The notes under the pieces: model-generated
What the model was told of the DNA's origin: nothing
Database searches by the model: none
The model's input: only the letters and a program-made list of their open reading frames with translations
In this document: positions 19,166-29,748 of the stretch, in pieces
Position numbering within the stretch: the first letter of the stretch is position 1
Layout of the letters: each line of letters begins with the position of its first letter
Program-made: the position numbers and the translations under genes
Sequence record: NC_027399.1
Strand: one strand, 5' to 3'
DNA length: 64,000 bases

Positions 19166-19587
19166 TGTCCAACTGTCCACATTGTAATAAAGAATTAAAA
19201 ATTGACTACTGTGTATATATGAACGTAGAGACTTATGGTAAATCCACATTAGCAACATCTAAATGTTGTGGGCGTGCTGTGGTGGTTTCTCGTGTAGTCA
19301 ACTTTGGTATCAGTGCTTATAATGGTGAACGAACTGAAGATGATTGGGGTAACAGTATTCTTCAAACAATTCCAGTATCACAAAGTTGTATCAATGATGA
19401 ATTGGCTATTAATGTTACTGAACTCTTAAAAGCAGATAGACTATATGAAGCATTGGAAATTATTCGTGGTATTAAAAATCCACTGACTGCTGGTTGGTTA
19501 GTACAAGAAGTATTAAATGAATTAAATGTTCCAAGTCGTACACAAACAAAAAACTGGCTAATTAATGCTCTTTATAATGGTAAATGA
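19165..19587 (+). CDS. Hypothetical protein with N-terminal Zn ribbon
   Basis: CPHC...KCC; TAATG coupling. Confidence 0.8.
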   Translation: MSNCPHCNKELKIDYCVYMNVETYGKSTLATSKCCGRAVVVSRVVNFGISAYNGERTEDDWGNSILQTIPVSQSCINDELAINVTELLKADRLYEALEIIRGIKNPLTAGWLVQEVLNELNVPSRTQTKNWLINALYNGK

Positions 19588-19907
19588 TTATGTTTGAATT
19601 ATACAGATTCGCTGGAATTGCTATTGTTTTATCTGGATTTGTGTATATTTTAATTTGTGGAATGCTTTTATTCTTTAAGCACAGTACATTATTAAATAAA
19701 ATAACTCCAGAAATAGAAGATGAAGCATTTAAAGATACCTTTATTATCTTCTTTGTTGTTTTTGGAATTGGTGTATTAATACTTGATATTGGTATACCAA
19801 CCGCATGTGCTAGTGCATTATTTTCTTCTATTATACTAGCCGCCGTAATTATGTGCAAAATAATTGATATACTAATTAAAATTCGTAATAAATTACCACA
19901 GAGGTAA
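19584..19907 (+). CDS. Membrane protein, NKLP family
   Basis: 3 hydrophobic segments; C-terminal KIRNKLPQR. Confidence 0.75.
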   Translation: MIMFELYRFAGIAIVLSGFVYILICGMLLFFKHSTLLNKITPEIEDEAFKDTFIIFFVVFGIGVLILDIGIPTACASALFSSIILAAVIMCKIIDILIKIRNKLPQR

Positions 19908-19963
19908 TATTTGACCAAATAGAACCTAAAAGTTCTATTTTTTATAAAAAGGACTATAATTTT

Positions 19964-20338
19964 ATGCTTATTAAAGAAACTGGTAGTAAAATTAATTTTA
20001 TTGATGTAAACGATGTATACGTAGGATATGATATTAGTCAGTCTTGTTGTGAACACGCTGATTGGTTTATCCACCCAATGCAATGTGAATCACCATATAT
20101 TGAGGAATATGGTGATTCATACAGTGGTATTGTTAATAAAGAATTTGATTTAAATGGATTTGTATTTGATACTAAGTTTGTTGAATACTCAACCAAAGAT
20201 ACAGATTCTGGTGCAATGGTTATTTTCCGCATGGTGAAAGGTAATAATCAATTGTTTTTGCATCTATTCAATGTCCACAACGGTTACTATGGTCATGGTT
20301 TTGATACCAATCTTCCATGTGGTAATGGTTGTCTATGA
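19964..20338 (+). CDS. Conserved-looking phage hypothetical protein
   Basis: SQSCCEHA...HNGYYGHG motifs; AAGGA SD. Confidence 0.8.
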   Translation: MLIKETGSKINFIDVNDVYVGYDISQSCCEHADWFIHPMQCESPYIEEYGDSYSGIVNKEFDLNGFVFDTKFVEYSTKDTDSGAMVIFRMVKGNNQLFLHLFNVHNGYYGHGFDTNLPCGNGCL

Positions 20339-20611
20339 AAAATAACAGCAATTTGTGAATTATCCGATCAAGATTGTGGTATTAAAGATGCACGCATCAT
20401 TGATAATAGTACTGAATCAATGCAAACATATGAAGATGGGTGGGAATATAAAATGTGGGGATTTGGATATCGTATATACTTTTATGACGCCATCTATCCT
20501 CGTCAAGATGAATATGAAGACAAACGTTATGCATATGATTGGATGAATTATAATAGAGATAAAGAAATTGATTATTTTGTCAACCTTTTTACTATGATAT
20601 ATGTAATTTAA
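20335..20611 (+). pseudogene. Hypothetical gene with +1 frameshift in an A-run (likely sequencing error)
   Basis: Removing one A from ATGAAAAATA gives MKITAICELS... in frame with the 20420 ORF. Confidence 0.55.
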
Positions 20612-20678
20612 TAGTACCTAAGATTGATGGATATGGGATTTCAAATTATCTAAATTAATTAATTGGAGTGGGTATAAA

Positions 20679-21116
20679 ATGAAATTAACATTAGCAGTAT
20701 TGAAACATGTTGGGGCTTGTAAAAGTGGTATTGATTTTTTTGTTCGTAATAATTTGGAAGGTTTTCCAATTGATAAAATACATGAAGTTAAAGGTTCATA
20801 TAGCAATTATCTCACTTGGATTAATGAAAAAATTGATGATATTATTTCTTCACAAAATGTAGAAAGTAATATTCAATATACACTTCTTCCACATAAGAAA
20901 AATTCAAAGAATTGTATCCGTGTATATGATTCACATGGGAACTGCACTAAATTTTCTTATACTGTCCCAGAAGAAAAAGAAGATGAACATGGGAATATTA
21001 CGATTGTTGAACGTACTTATATTGAAGAACGTGAATATACATATATCAATAATGTTCTCAGTACTATTAAAGATGCAGAAACAAACGAAATACTTCTTAG
21101 CATTCCACAATTTTAA
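20679..21116 (+). CDS. Hypothetical protein
   Basis: MKLTLAVLKHVGACKSGI N-terminus. Confidence 0.8.
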   Translation: MKLTLAVLKHVGACKSGIDFFVRNNLEGFPIDKIHEVKGSYSNYLTWINEKIDDIISSQNVESNIQYTLLPHKKNSKNCIRVYDSHGNCTKFSYTVPEEKEDEHGNITIVERTYIEEREYTYINNVLSTIKDAETNEILLSIPQF

Positions 21117-21189
21117 TAAAAATAAGGGTTGACTTCGGTCAACCTTTTTGCTATTATGTAATTACAATTGTATACCGAGGTTATTTAAT

Positions 21190-21444
21190 ATGTTCGCATT
21201 GCAAAATAAAAATACTAAACAGATAATGAAAGTATCTTATTATTTCACGAATAGTGATGCAGGGGTGGAATTTGATTCACATGGTGATTATTTTTATTTA
21301 GAAAATGATCGTGAAGAACTGGAAAAACTACTTGAATTCTATCGTGAAGAAGGTAAAATAACACAGTTTGATGATTATCCAGAATGTGGGGTAGGAGAGT
21401 TGGATGGTTACGAAATAGTTGAAATTGAATTGGTAGTTAAATGA
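21190..21444 (+). CDS. Hypothetical protein
   Basis: GAGG SD after promoter cassette. Confidence 0.8.
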   Translation: MFALQNKNTKQIMKVSYYFTNSDAGVEFDSHGDYFYLENDREELEKLLEFYREEGKITQFDDYPECGVGELDGYEIVEIELVVK

Positions 21445-21465
21445 AAACACATTAGGAATTATATC

Positions 21466-21648
21466 ATGAAAAACATCATCAAAAAAGATTCAGGCGGTTA
21501 TTCTGTAGTATTGAATGGTATCGGTATTGGCGACGCAACAACTATGAAAGAAGCACGTAATATGATTGCTCAATACAAACGCAATCTTAAACACTCAAAT
21601 TTAGTTCATAAGTATACTAAATTTTCTAATGATTTTAAGTCGAAATAA
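21466..21648 (+). CDS. Hypothetical protein
   Basis: AGGA SD. Confidence 0.7.
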   Translation: MKNIIKKDSGGYSVVLNGIGIGDATTMKEARNMIAQYKRNLKHSNLVHKYTKFSNDFKSK

Positions 21649-21652
21649 AAAT

Positions 21653-22036
21653 ATGAAAATTCAATTAAGTACTACACTACAAGACACAGAAAACAAAGAT
21701 GATGTTGAGGTACAGGTTTCTGTTGATGTTACAAAACCAGATTCAGTACTGATTAATATTGATGGTAAAACTTTTAAGTTAACAGATATTGAACGTATCA
21801 TTGATTGTGCTGATAAATTAGTCAATTTAAGTACTGAATTCAATGAAGAAAACAGTGAAGAAGTATCTGATTTAAAATATTTTGATATTGATTTCTTTAA
21901 TCAACAGGGTGAACACAATAAAGTAACACTTTTAGCAAAAGATCCAGCACAAGCTGTGATATCTTTCTATGGTTCTGCTCATGCGGAACTCCACCCAAAC
22001 TCTACAATCGTCAGTGTAATGCTGAAAAAATATTGA
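21653..22036 (+). CDS. Hypothetical protein
   Basis: Co-oriented ORF. Confidence 0.8.
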   Translation: MKIQLSTTLQDTENKDDVEVQVSVDVTKPDSVLINIDGKTFKLTDIERIIDCADKLVNLSTEFNEENSEEVSDLKYFDIDFFNQQGEHNKVTLLAKDPAQAVISFYGSAHAELHPNSTIVSVMLKKY

Positions 22037-22093
22037 CAGTGTGGTTTTCTTTTGATATTATGTATACATGTTGAGTGTACAGAGGATTTAATC

Positions 22094-22366
22094 ATGCATG
22101 GCGTATTGACTTCACAAAGTATGAAAGTTGTATTCAAAGGTGAAGATGAAATCAGTTTAGAATCTGAGATTGTTCAAGAATGTCGCAGCTTTTCTGAGTT
22201 TAAAGACTTAGACATTCATACACACGGTGATTATTTTCATCACTATACAATTCAGTACAGTACTAATAGTATTGAACCGAAAAACTTTGCACCACAAATT
22301 ATGAAAGCAGCACTGTTATTGATTTCAATTGCAACAAAACGTGGATTGGTACTAGTTAATTTATAA
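22094..22366 (+). CDS. Hypothetical protein
   Basis: GAGGA SD. Confidence 0.8.
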   Translation: MHGVLTSQSMKVVFKGEDEISLESEIVQECRSFSEFKDLDIHTHGDYFHHYTIQYSTNSIEPKNFAPQIMKAALLLISIATKRGLVLVNL

Positions 22367-22446
22367 TAGTGTTTGACAAATCTTAATGACTGCGGTACTA
22401 TATCTATGTACCGCAAAACAACAAATTTTAATCTAAGGATATAAAC

Positions 22447-23034
22447 ATGAACGTTGCTTTCCATAAAACTGCTAACCACAAACATGAAATCCACATCAAT
22501 GGTTTTAAAGCTGGTCTTATTCAACTTCTATCACATCATCCTGATCATAAAGTTAATGATGAACAGCGTATGGATTGGCGTGTATTCTTTTGGGGAAAAT
22601 ATCAACAATTCCAAATGAATTATCGTGCAGTAGGTATCTGGCCTCAGACTCGCGGTTGCAATAGTGATATCTCTCTAAATCAAATGAAAAAAGATTTGGA
22701 ATTTCTTTTGCAAAATAATATCGACATTGTGCTTCCTAAAAAGTATTTTGAAGATAAAGGATATGTATTCGCCCATTTCAATGATGGTGATATCTATACT
22801 ATTGATACTGAATATCAAGATAAATGGACAGAATATTTCCATATCGGAGGAAAACATCATTTGTTTGCATCTGAACAAGAACTGACTGAACGCGTACAAA
22901 AACTGTTTGATTATGAAAAACGTAATTACGCTGGTAAAACCCACTTATTGAGTGAAAATAAAATCCTGGATATTGAATATCGTATGGTAAATGCAATGTT
23001 CGATACTTCTTATTATAATAGCATTAAGGATTAA
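22447..23034 (+). CDS. Hypothetical protein
   Basis: Promoter plus AAGGA SD. Confidence 0.85.
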   Translation: MNVAFHKTANHKHEIHINGFKAGLIQLLSHHPDHKVNDEQRMDWRVFFWGKYQQFQMNYRAVGIWPQTRGCNSDISLNQMKKDLEFLLQNNIDIVLPKKYFEDKGYVFAHFNDGDIYTIDTEYQDKWTEYFHIGGKHHLFASEQELTERVQKLFDYEKRNYAGKTHLLSENKILDIEYRMVNAMFDTSYYNSIKD

Positions 23035-23035
23035 C

Positions 23036-23623
23036 ATGTTAGTTAAACTACATTTTGATTTAGAAAAAATGAATGCTGAAGGTGTCAGAAATGGCACCTC
23101 TTATGAAGTAATCGATCACGATGGAAAGTATGCACATATTGTGAAAGTAGATTATTCTCATTCATTGTGGGATGGTTTCGATGCAGAAGGTGTACAGGAT
23201 GTTGATTTCTTAATTGAACATCAACCTGGTGTATATGAAACTCTAAGTGCAAACTTTCATTTAGAGATCGAAGAAACACAAATGAAAATTTGTGATAAGG
23301 ATAACATTACCACAAACGGTGAAGTACTTGGATACGATGAATATGAACCGTATAGTACTGAATTCTTACCAAGTTATGGTGTATGTGATAACATCGAACA
23401 AGTATTAGAACTCTATAAACCTTGTATTGACCATAGTACTAATAAATTTGTTATTTCATTAACACCAATATATAAAAATACACAACCAGAATTACATGGC
23501 TGGCGTTGGCATAAATGGGGTGAGTATATTGGTACTCAAGAAATTACAACCGAATACATTGCTGATGAACCACTAATTGAAATGGTATATTGCTTCCATA
23601 TCTATTGTGTAGAAGAAAAATAA
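23036..23623 (+). CDS. Hypothetical protein, GWRWHKWG family
   Basis: YGVCDNIEQ...HGWRWHKWGEYIG. Confidence 0.85.
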   Translation: MLVKLHFDLEKMNAEGVRNGTSYEVIDHDGKYAHIVKVDYSHSLWDGFDAEGVQDVDFLIEHQPGVYETLSANFHLEIEETQMKICDKDNITTNGEVLGYDEYEPYSTEFLPSYGVCDNIEQVLELYKPCIDHSTNKFVISLTPIYKNTQPELHGWRWHKWGEYIGTQEITTEYIADEPLIEMVYCFHIYCVEEK

Positions 23624-23694
23624 TAAAAAGGGTTGACATAAGTCAACCCTTTTTATTATAATAAAATCACATTAATTAAAAGTGATAATCAATT

Positions 23695-24093
23695 ATGTCA
23701 AAATATCGTTCAGTACTTAAAGTAAAGAAAGAAGAAATTAAACCAGAAATGTTTGAAAATAAGAAAAGTTATGAATACTTTATGACTTTGTATTATGAAT
23801 TTCGTTGGTTGGAATTATTACGTAAACAAGGTGCAATCATCTTTATGGATGGTGAACCTATGGATAAAAAAGAATTTTTCTCTTTCGGTATTGATGATGA
23901 TGGAACTATGCCACGTCTTGGAACCAGTACTACTAATAATAGTATGACTGTGTATTGTGGTTTTACTTATGGTAACAAACCAAATACAGTATTCGTTTAT
24001 AAGAAAGAGATCAATGAAGCATTGAAAAATATCACTTACGTAGAAAAGAAAGATATTAAAAAATTCACTACACAAAAATATTCATTTCAATAA
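23695..24093 (+). CDS. Hypothetical protein
   Basis: Follows promoter cassette. Confidence 0.8.
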   Translation: MSKYRSVLKVKKEEIKPEMFENKKSYEYFMTLYYEFRWLELLRKQGAIIFMDGEPMDKKEFFSFGIDDDGTMPRLGTSTTNNSMTVYCGFTYGNKPNTVFVYKKEINEALKNITYVEKKDIKKFTTQKYSFQ

Positions 24094-24106
24094 AGGAATA
24101 GAAAAT

Positions 24107-24537
24107 ATGTTCCAAAAAGAAACAGTACTTAAAAAATTAGATGAATGTATTGATACTCTTCAATATCATATTTCTGAATCGAACAGTAGTACTGAAATTT
24201 TAGATCATACTTCAATACTTAATAAAAAAAGAAAAAGAATTATAAATTGATTCTTTCTGCTCTTGAAGAAATTAAAAGTGGGAACAGAAATGAACTTCAT
24301 GGTATTTGTAACAACTTGTACTTTAAAGTGGACAATACCGATATGGTAGAGGAATTTATTAAGTATTCTTTTAATAGCATTTATGGAAGTAATCATGATT
24401 ATCCAATTGAGGGTTCTCGATTTCACTATCAAATGAATAAAAACAAATGGGACGAATCAACAGTACACGGTAAAAATCGATTAAATCTTTTGGACTCGAT
24501 GATTCAGTACTGTAAATGTCGATTGCTTTCTATTTAA
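24107..24537 (+). CDS. Hypothetical protein, probably one gene broken in an A7 run
   Basis: AAGGA SD at 24107; one extra A at about 24224-30 joins it to the 24247 frame, paralog of the 18797 frame. Confidence 0.5.
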
Positions 24538-24598
24538 AAATATTAAAATATATGTATCCTCTTTAAATTCTAAATATATTAAAAAGGGGATACATTAA

Positions 24599-25279
24599 AT
24601 GGTTAAATTATTAAAAACATTAGTTCTTATTACAATATTTTATATTCCATTTGCATTTGGTGATATTAATTGCAGTGATAAGTTTCTTAATTCAACTATA
24701 CCTGATGTTAAATACGATCAACAAGTTTGTTATACTAAATTTGCAGTACTATACAATTACAATTATAAAATCCCAATGGTGAGTGCTGAATACTTAACGC
24801 CAGATGATATCAACGCATCAAGTAAATTGAAGAGAAAAGATGCATTCCATTCAGATAAATCCATTCCACCAGAATTTAATCAAACCGTGGCTATGTATAA
24901 AGGCACTGGATATGATAAAGGTCACATGACACCAGCAGGTGATATGGATAATGCTTTTGATCAATCAGAAAGTTTTAGCTTAGCAAATATGACTCCACAG
25001 ACTAAAAAGTTAAATGAAATAGTATGGAGAGGAATTGAAGAAAAAGTACGAAATTCTATATTATCTGATGGTGCCGCCTATGTTATTACTGGTAGTATAG
25101 TTCAGAATGGTTCAAATAGACTTAATACTATTGTCATACCAGATTATATCTATAAAGCAGTATACTTTGTTAATACAAAAAAATCCATTGTATATGTAGC
25201 AAAAAATGATAATTCAGGTGCAGAAGAGGAATTATCAGAAAAGGATTTTGAAGTGAAATATAAAATTAAACTTTTTTAA
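24599..25279 (+). CDS. Secreted DNA/RNA non-specific endonuclease (NucA/EndA, beta-beta-alpha-Me)
   Basis: Signal peptide; YDKGHMTPAGD, FSLANMTPQ, LN..VW..IE motifs. Confidence 0.93.
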   Translation: MVKLLKTLVLITIFYIPFAFGDINCSDKFLNSTIPDVKYDQQVCYTKFAVLYNYNYKIPMVSAEYLTPDDINASSKLKRKDAFHSDKSIPPEFNQTVAMYKGTGYDKGHMTPAGDMDNAFDQSESFSLANMTPQTKKLNEIVWRGIEEKVRNSILSDGAAYVITGSIVQNGSNRLNTIVIPDYIYKAVYFVNTKKSIVYVAKNDNSGAEEELSEKDFEVKYKIKLF

Positions 25280-25345
25280 TAAAATGGGTTGACTTCGGTC
25301 AGCCCTTTTTGCTATAATCAATGAATCAATTAAAGGAGATACACA

Positions 25346-25789
25346 ATGACTCGTATTAATTTAGTACATGTTAAAGAACTCGCTGATCAACATTTGATGG
25401 CTGAATACAGAGAACTTCCTCGTGTGTTTGGTGCAGTTCGTAAACATGTACAAGATGGCAAACGTGTTTCTGATTTCAAAATCAACCGTACTTACATCTT
25501 AGGTACAGGACATGTGACATTCTTCTATAACAAATTATTGTACTTGCAGAAGCGTCACATTGATATTGTAAATGAATGTTTACGCCGTGGAATGAAGATT
25601 CAAAACACCGACATAAACGACCTCAGTGGTATTCCTACAGCTTTCTGTAATGATTATAACCCATTACCTCATGAGATCGATGTATCTCGTTCCAGATTGA
25701 TTGAGAAGATTCAGATGAAGCCTACCTGGTATAAGTTTACCAATGTGGAGTTTCCATCTTATTATATTACTATGTTGGATAAGTACTAA
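25346..25789 (+). CDS. denV: Pyrimidine-dimer DNA glycosylase / endonuclease V
   Basis: MTRINL...[24 protein letters not shown]...GHVTFFY, near-identical to T4 DenV. Confidence 0.97.
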   Translation: MTRINLVHVKELADQHLMAEYRELPRVFGAVRKHVQDGKRVSDFKINRTYILGTGHVTFFYNKLLYLQKRHIDIVNECLRRGMKIQNTDINDLSGIPTAFCNDYNPLPHEIDVSRSRLIEKIQMKPTWYKFTNVEFPSYYITMLDKY

Positions 25790-25829
25790 TATAGTGTTTG
25801 AATAAAATAAATTAGGTGGTTTTTATACT

Positions 25830-26063
25830 ATGAAATTTAAAAAATTTAATGGTACTGTCTATTCGTGTGACGATATATACTGTAATCCGTCTTATCATGA
25901 TGGATTTTTCATCAAAACAAAAGATCATGAAGTACTGAAAGTTTCCTTACAGTGGGAAGAGGGTAGAACAAATAACTATAGATTTGTTCGCGGTGATAAA
26001 TTTTCATACACACCAAAGGATATAATTTGGCCGGATAGTGTAGTTGAAATAGAAATTAAATAA
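25830..26063 (+). CDS. Hypothetical protein
   Basis: AGGTG SD. Confidence 0.75.
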   Translation: MKFKKFNGTVYSCDDIYCNPSYHDGFFIKTKDHEVLKVSLQWEEGRTNNYRFVRGDKFSYTPKDIIWPDSVVEIEIK

Positions 26064-26064
26064 G

Positions 26065-26346
26065 GTGGAAATTATTATGCCATTTCTCTTTATGATACTG
26101 TACTATTTGATTGTTGTTCCATCTTATAAGATTGGTGATTTAGTAGAATCCAGATTTGGTAATAAAGTTGGTACCGAGATTAAATGGATAGTAGTACATC
26201 TTATTGTTCATTTAATAATCTTTTCGTTATTCATCGCATTACCATTATGGTTGTTTGGTGTAAAAATATTAATAATTGCAATTATTTTTTTAGTTCTGGA
26301 AGTAATATGTTTCTATCTTATTCATAAACATAATTCAAAAAAATGA
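26065..26346 (+). CDS. Small membrane protein
   Basis: 3 hydrophobic segments. Confidence 0.7.
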   Translation: MEIIMPFLFMILYYLIVVPSYKIGDLVESRFGNKVGTEIKWIVVHLIVHLIIFSLFIALPLWLFGVKILIIAIIFLVLEVICFYLIHKHNSKK

Positions 26347-26416
26347 AAAAAGGGTTGACGAAAGTCAGCCCTTTTGCTATTATATATACATCCAAACGAA
26401 ACAGGAATTTAATTTA

Positions 26417-26863
26417 ATGAAACTTCAATTCGACGCAATCAGTGCTGGTTCTAAAACAATCACAATCAACTGTGGTTCTATGACTCGTGAGTTTCTTGAA
26501 GAACATAATATCCCATATAAGATGCATTATGACGATATCAAACTTGATATCAATACAGAAGTAGAAGTTGATATTCGTTCTTTTGAAGATATCAAGCACT
26601 TCTGTAAAAAGTATTGTGCAAACATTACATTCGGTAATGGTACTCCTGATATCACATTCTATTCTTTACACGAAGAAGATCTACCAGTGCATTGTGCATG
26701 GGATTATAAAGATATACCAGTTCAGCAATTACGTTCAATGTATGCTGCTTTTATTCAGGAATGCAGTGAAATCAATGGAAGTACCGAAATGAATGAAGAT
26801 GAAAAAGAACAAATGAAACTCTTCGAAGAAACCATTGAATGGGTAAAAGGTCGAAATAAATGA
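26417..26863 (+). CDS. Hypothetical protein
   Basis: Promoter cassette plus AGGA SD. Confidence 0.85.
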   Translation: MKLQFDAISAGSKTITINCGSMTREFLEEHNIPYKMHYDDIKLDINTEVEVDIRSFEDIKHFCKKYCANITFGNGTPDITFYSLHEEDLPVHCAWDYKDIPVQQLRSMYAAFIQECSEINGSTEMNEDEKEQMKLFEETIEWVKGRNK

Positions 26864-27054
26864 AAGATTCAGTACTGAAATGTTCAGAAGGTGCTGATTG
26901 GTTAGTTGACAGAATACCAAATGCAGAGTATAATGCAATGAAATCTGAGATTGAATTGTGCGTTCATGCTATCTTCCAGAAATATGGATATGGTAAAGAA
27001 TTGCAAGATGCATTCAATGAATCTATTCCAGTTAAATTAGAAAGAAGGAAATGA
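26860..27054 (+). CDS. Hypothetical protein
   Basis: ATGA overlap. Confidence 0.75.
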   Translation: MKDSVLKCSEGADWLVDRIPNAEYNAMKSEIELCVHAIFQKYGYGKELQDAFNESIPVKLERRK

Positions 27055-27239
27055 CAATGAATAAGGCACAAGAACTGAAACTCTGTATTCAACAACTTTG
27101 TACACTTCGTTGTGAAAACCTTCGTGCTATCTATGAAGGGGTGAATACAATTGAATTGTCACGTTGTGAAACTGCAATCAAAGCAAAAGAATTTGAAGTC
27201 AACCGCTTAATTGATGAACTTTGTGGAGAAAAGAAATGA
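27051..27239 (+). CDS. Hypothetical protein
   Basis: ATGA overlap, AAGGA SD. Confidence 0.75.
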   Translation: MTMNKAQELKLCIQQLCTLRCENLRAIYEGVNTIELSRCETAIKAKEFEVNRLIDELCGEKK

Positions 27240-27529
27240 ACGTATTTAAGTTAAAATTTTATGCAAATGATACCCGCCCATTAGGAAAGAAAGTAGATTA
27301 CGATCTGTACTTTAATAGTACTGAACTGGCATTAGAATACCTCAATACTAAGATGCCAGGACACAAAGAAATCACAGAAGAAGTTGTTAAGCCGTGGTTC
27401 ACTAATTACAATACTCGTACTTTTACATGGGAAGGTAAGCGTTATGATGAAAACGGTGAATGGGATTATCCAGTAGAATTCACGGTTGAACTCGACAAAA
27501 TTGAAGTAATTCAAACATTAGAGGAATAG
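27236..27529 (+). CDS. Hypothetical protein
   Basis: GGAG SD, ATGA overlap. Confidence 0.8.
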   Translation: MNVFKLKFYANDTRPLGKKVDYDLYFNSTELALEYLNTKMPGHKEITEEVVKPWFTNYNTRTFTWEGKRYDENGEWDYPVEFTVELDKIEVIQTLEE

Positions 27530-27530
27530 T

Positions 27531-27773
27531 ATGTGGTTGCTAATTTTTCCTGTACTGACTGTTTTACTGACACTTTATTATTTTGTTCCACAATTAGCAG
27601 CAACGATATTTGTATTCGTTTTTTGTGGAACTATCTATAATATGTTGTTGGTACTATTATGGTTAATTGGTATTCATATTATACCACAAAAATATGAAAA
27701 CCATTTTGCTGTTGCAATAATTGCTTTATTTGTAGTACTGAATGGTGTATGGATCTGGGCTATCTGGTTTTAG
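27531..27773 (+). CDS. Small membrane protein
   Basis: GAGGA SD; 3 hydrophobic segments. Confidence 0.75.
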   Translation: MWLLIFPVLTVLLTLYYFVPQLAATIFVFVFCGTIYNMLLVLLWLIGIHIIPQKYENHFAVAIIALFVVLNGVWIWAIWF

Positions 27774-27872
27774 TAAAAAAGTTCAGTTAAGAAATTACTT
27801 ATCAAAGATAAGAAGAATATTTCTATCCAGATGTGTAATTTTTTTACTATATGACATAGGATAATATATAAA

Positions 27873-28067
27873 ATGTATGTTACTGTTCAAACTAATGATA
27901 GAACTCAAGTGTATACTAAAGAGTTTTTAAATAAAGTGGGGATTGTTGAACTAACTCGTATAGCTTTTGAGCATTATAATGCACAAGAACAATATGATAA
28001 TGTTCCACAAAATTATAAGAAAAAAATCAACCTCTTTACTGGTCTTGTAGTAGGTGAAATAGTATGA
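27873..28067 (+). CDS. Hypothetical protein
   Basis: Co-oriented ORF. Confidence 0.7.
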   Translation: MYVTVQTNDRTQVYTKEFLNKVGIVELTRIAFEHYNAQEQYDNVPQNYKKKINLFTGLVVGEIV

Positions 28068-28279
28068 AAGGAATCAAAGCTAAAAATAGTGTCTTATTTT
28101 CTTTGATCGATGGAAAATATACATATGAAGTAATGTATGGAACTACTAGATCTGTAGTATTATATATTGATGATGTATTATCATTATCAATGAATAAAAC
28201 TACTATGAATTGTATGACAAATCGTGCTGTTCCATTTTCAGTACTGGAACGTATGCAATCATTTGTCAATAACGTATAG
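28064..28279 (+). CDS. Hypothetical protein
   Basis: AGGTG SD, ATGA overlap. Confidence 0.7.
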   Translation: MKGIKAKNSVLFSLIDGKYTYEVMYGTTRSVVLYIDDVLSLSMNKTTMNCMTNRAVPFSVLERMQSFVNNV

Positions 28280-28426
28280 TCTATTCTATTACATTAATAT
28301 TTCTATTATGGAATTATAAATGTGGTGGTTACACCAGAAAAAGAACTGAAAAAAGGGTTGACGAAAGTCAGCCTTTTTGCTAATATAATAATCATCTAAA
28401 AAAACCATTTTAATTTGAGGTATATT

Positions 28427-28585
28427 ATGTCACGTAAAGTTCTTATCAATCGTTTAGCTGAAGCCCTGAATTGCAAACCGCATGAGATTCCTCATGTTAA
28501 TGAACTGACCAGTAATCAAATATACTGGATGATTCAACATGAACGTATGCATAAACGCTATGGTGATTTATATCGTTCAAAATGA
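28427..28585 (+). CDS. Small hypothetical protein (not in track)
   Basis: Promoter cassette plus GAGGT SD; MSRKVLINRLAEAL... Confidence 0.65.
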   Translation: MSRKVLINRLAEALNCKPHEIPHVNELTSNQIYWMIQHERMHKRYGDLYRSK

Positions 28586-28760
28586 TCATATAAAAGATAT
28601 AATAATTAATCCAGTACTGACTATTGTGTTATAATATTTGTAGTATTCGAATTGATATATTTTGTGATAAACTCCGTTAAAAAATAAATTATATAAAAGG
28701 GTTGACTTATGTCGGCCCTTTTGTTATTATGGTTGTACAACAAATTATTTGGATACTGTT

Positions 28761-29348
28761 ATGAAAGTTATTAAATTAAAGAAACGAAAATTCATTAAAC
28801 AATATAAACGTGATTCGGTTGTATTTCATGTATACTTGTCTGATGGTGTTCCTGGTAGTTTATTGACAAAACAGTATTTTACCGCAGTACACAATGCTGA
28901 TGTACGTTATATGGATATAGACAAAAATATTCTCAAATTAAGAGATGATATCAATAACAGTACTGATAAAAAAGTACAAAGAATTGAAGTAACGATTAAC
29001 AATAATTTAGGTTACTTCCGTTTGTATCATTTGATTGGTGATAAATTTATTCCTCACCGAGAACTAATGATTCACTGGAATTCAAAAGGTTTCAATTGTA
29101 AATCTCATATGATACAGTACAGGGATAATTGTATTCATCCTATATCTGGAAAACCATATTGTGTATTGTGGTATAAAGATATTATTGCATATGATTATTA
29201 TCGTATTTCTGAATCAAGGAGAACCATCGATAATAGTATCCATAAATTTGAATTATTATTGAATGACATTGAATCAGGTAAGTTTAATAAACCAACAAAG
29301 AACATTAGTTATACTGCACATTGTTTAGATGTTTTTCTTAAAGATTAA
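28761..29348 (+). CDS. Hypothetical basic protein
   Basis: Follows promoter cassette. Confidence 0.75.
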   Translation: MKVIKLKKRKFIKQYKRDSVVFHVYLSDGVPGSLLTKQYFTAVHNADVRYMDIDKNILKLRDDINNSTDKKVQRIEVTINNNLGYFRLYHLIGDKFIPHRELMIHWNSKGFNCKSHMIQYRDNCIHPISGKPYCVLWYKDIIAYDYYRISESRRTIDNSIHKFELLLNDIESGKFNKPTKNISYTAHCLDVFLKD

Positions 29349-29421
29349 CAAAGAAGGGGGTTGACTTTGGTCAGCCCTTTTGTTATTATATTTGTATATT
29401 AAGTCAATGAGGCGTTGTATT

Positions 29422-29694
29422 ATGATTCGTTATGCTCTGCGTCATAGAACTTCCAAACAGTACGTTGGATTTCGTACTGTGCAATGGGAATTCGGTACTG
29501 ATATTCATTTGGATTTCGATGATGATTATATTTGGTTGAAAGAAGATCGCACATTAATGGATACACTTATTGAAAATAGAAAGTCAAGTGATGCATCGTT
29601 ACAATTGAGTGATTCAGTACTGAAGGCGTTAAAAGATTATAAATTAGAAGTGATGGAAATTAATTTCCCAGATACTGATTGGTGGGATGATTAA
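29422..29694 (+). CDS. Hypothetical protein
   Basis: GAGG SD. Confidence 0.75.
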   Translation: MIRYALRHRTSKQYVGFRTVQWEFGTDIHLDFDDDYIWLKEDRTLMDTLIENRKSSDASLQLSDSVLKALKDYKLEVMEINFPDTDWWDD

Positions 29695-29748
29695 TGATTG
29701 TGAAATACAATTTTAATTTCATAAACTAAATTATCTAAAGGTGAAATA

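Noticed and set aside
20335-20345. Possible phase-variable or programmed frameshift in ATGAAAAATA
   Set aside because: A single homopolymer indel in an assembly that contains Ns; sequencing error is more parsimonious until reads are checked
24221-24250. Slippery-looking A7-G-A5-G run between 24107 and 24247 frames
   Set aside because: A_AAA_AAG is not in the zero frame and no downstream stimulator is evident; homopolymer error is more likely
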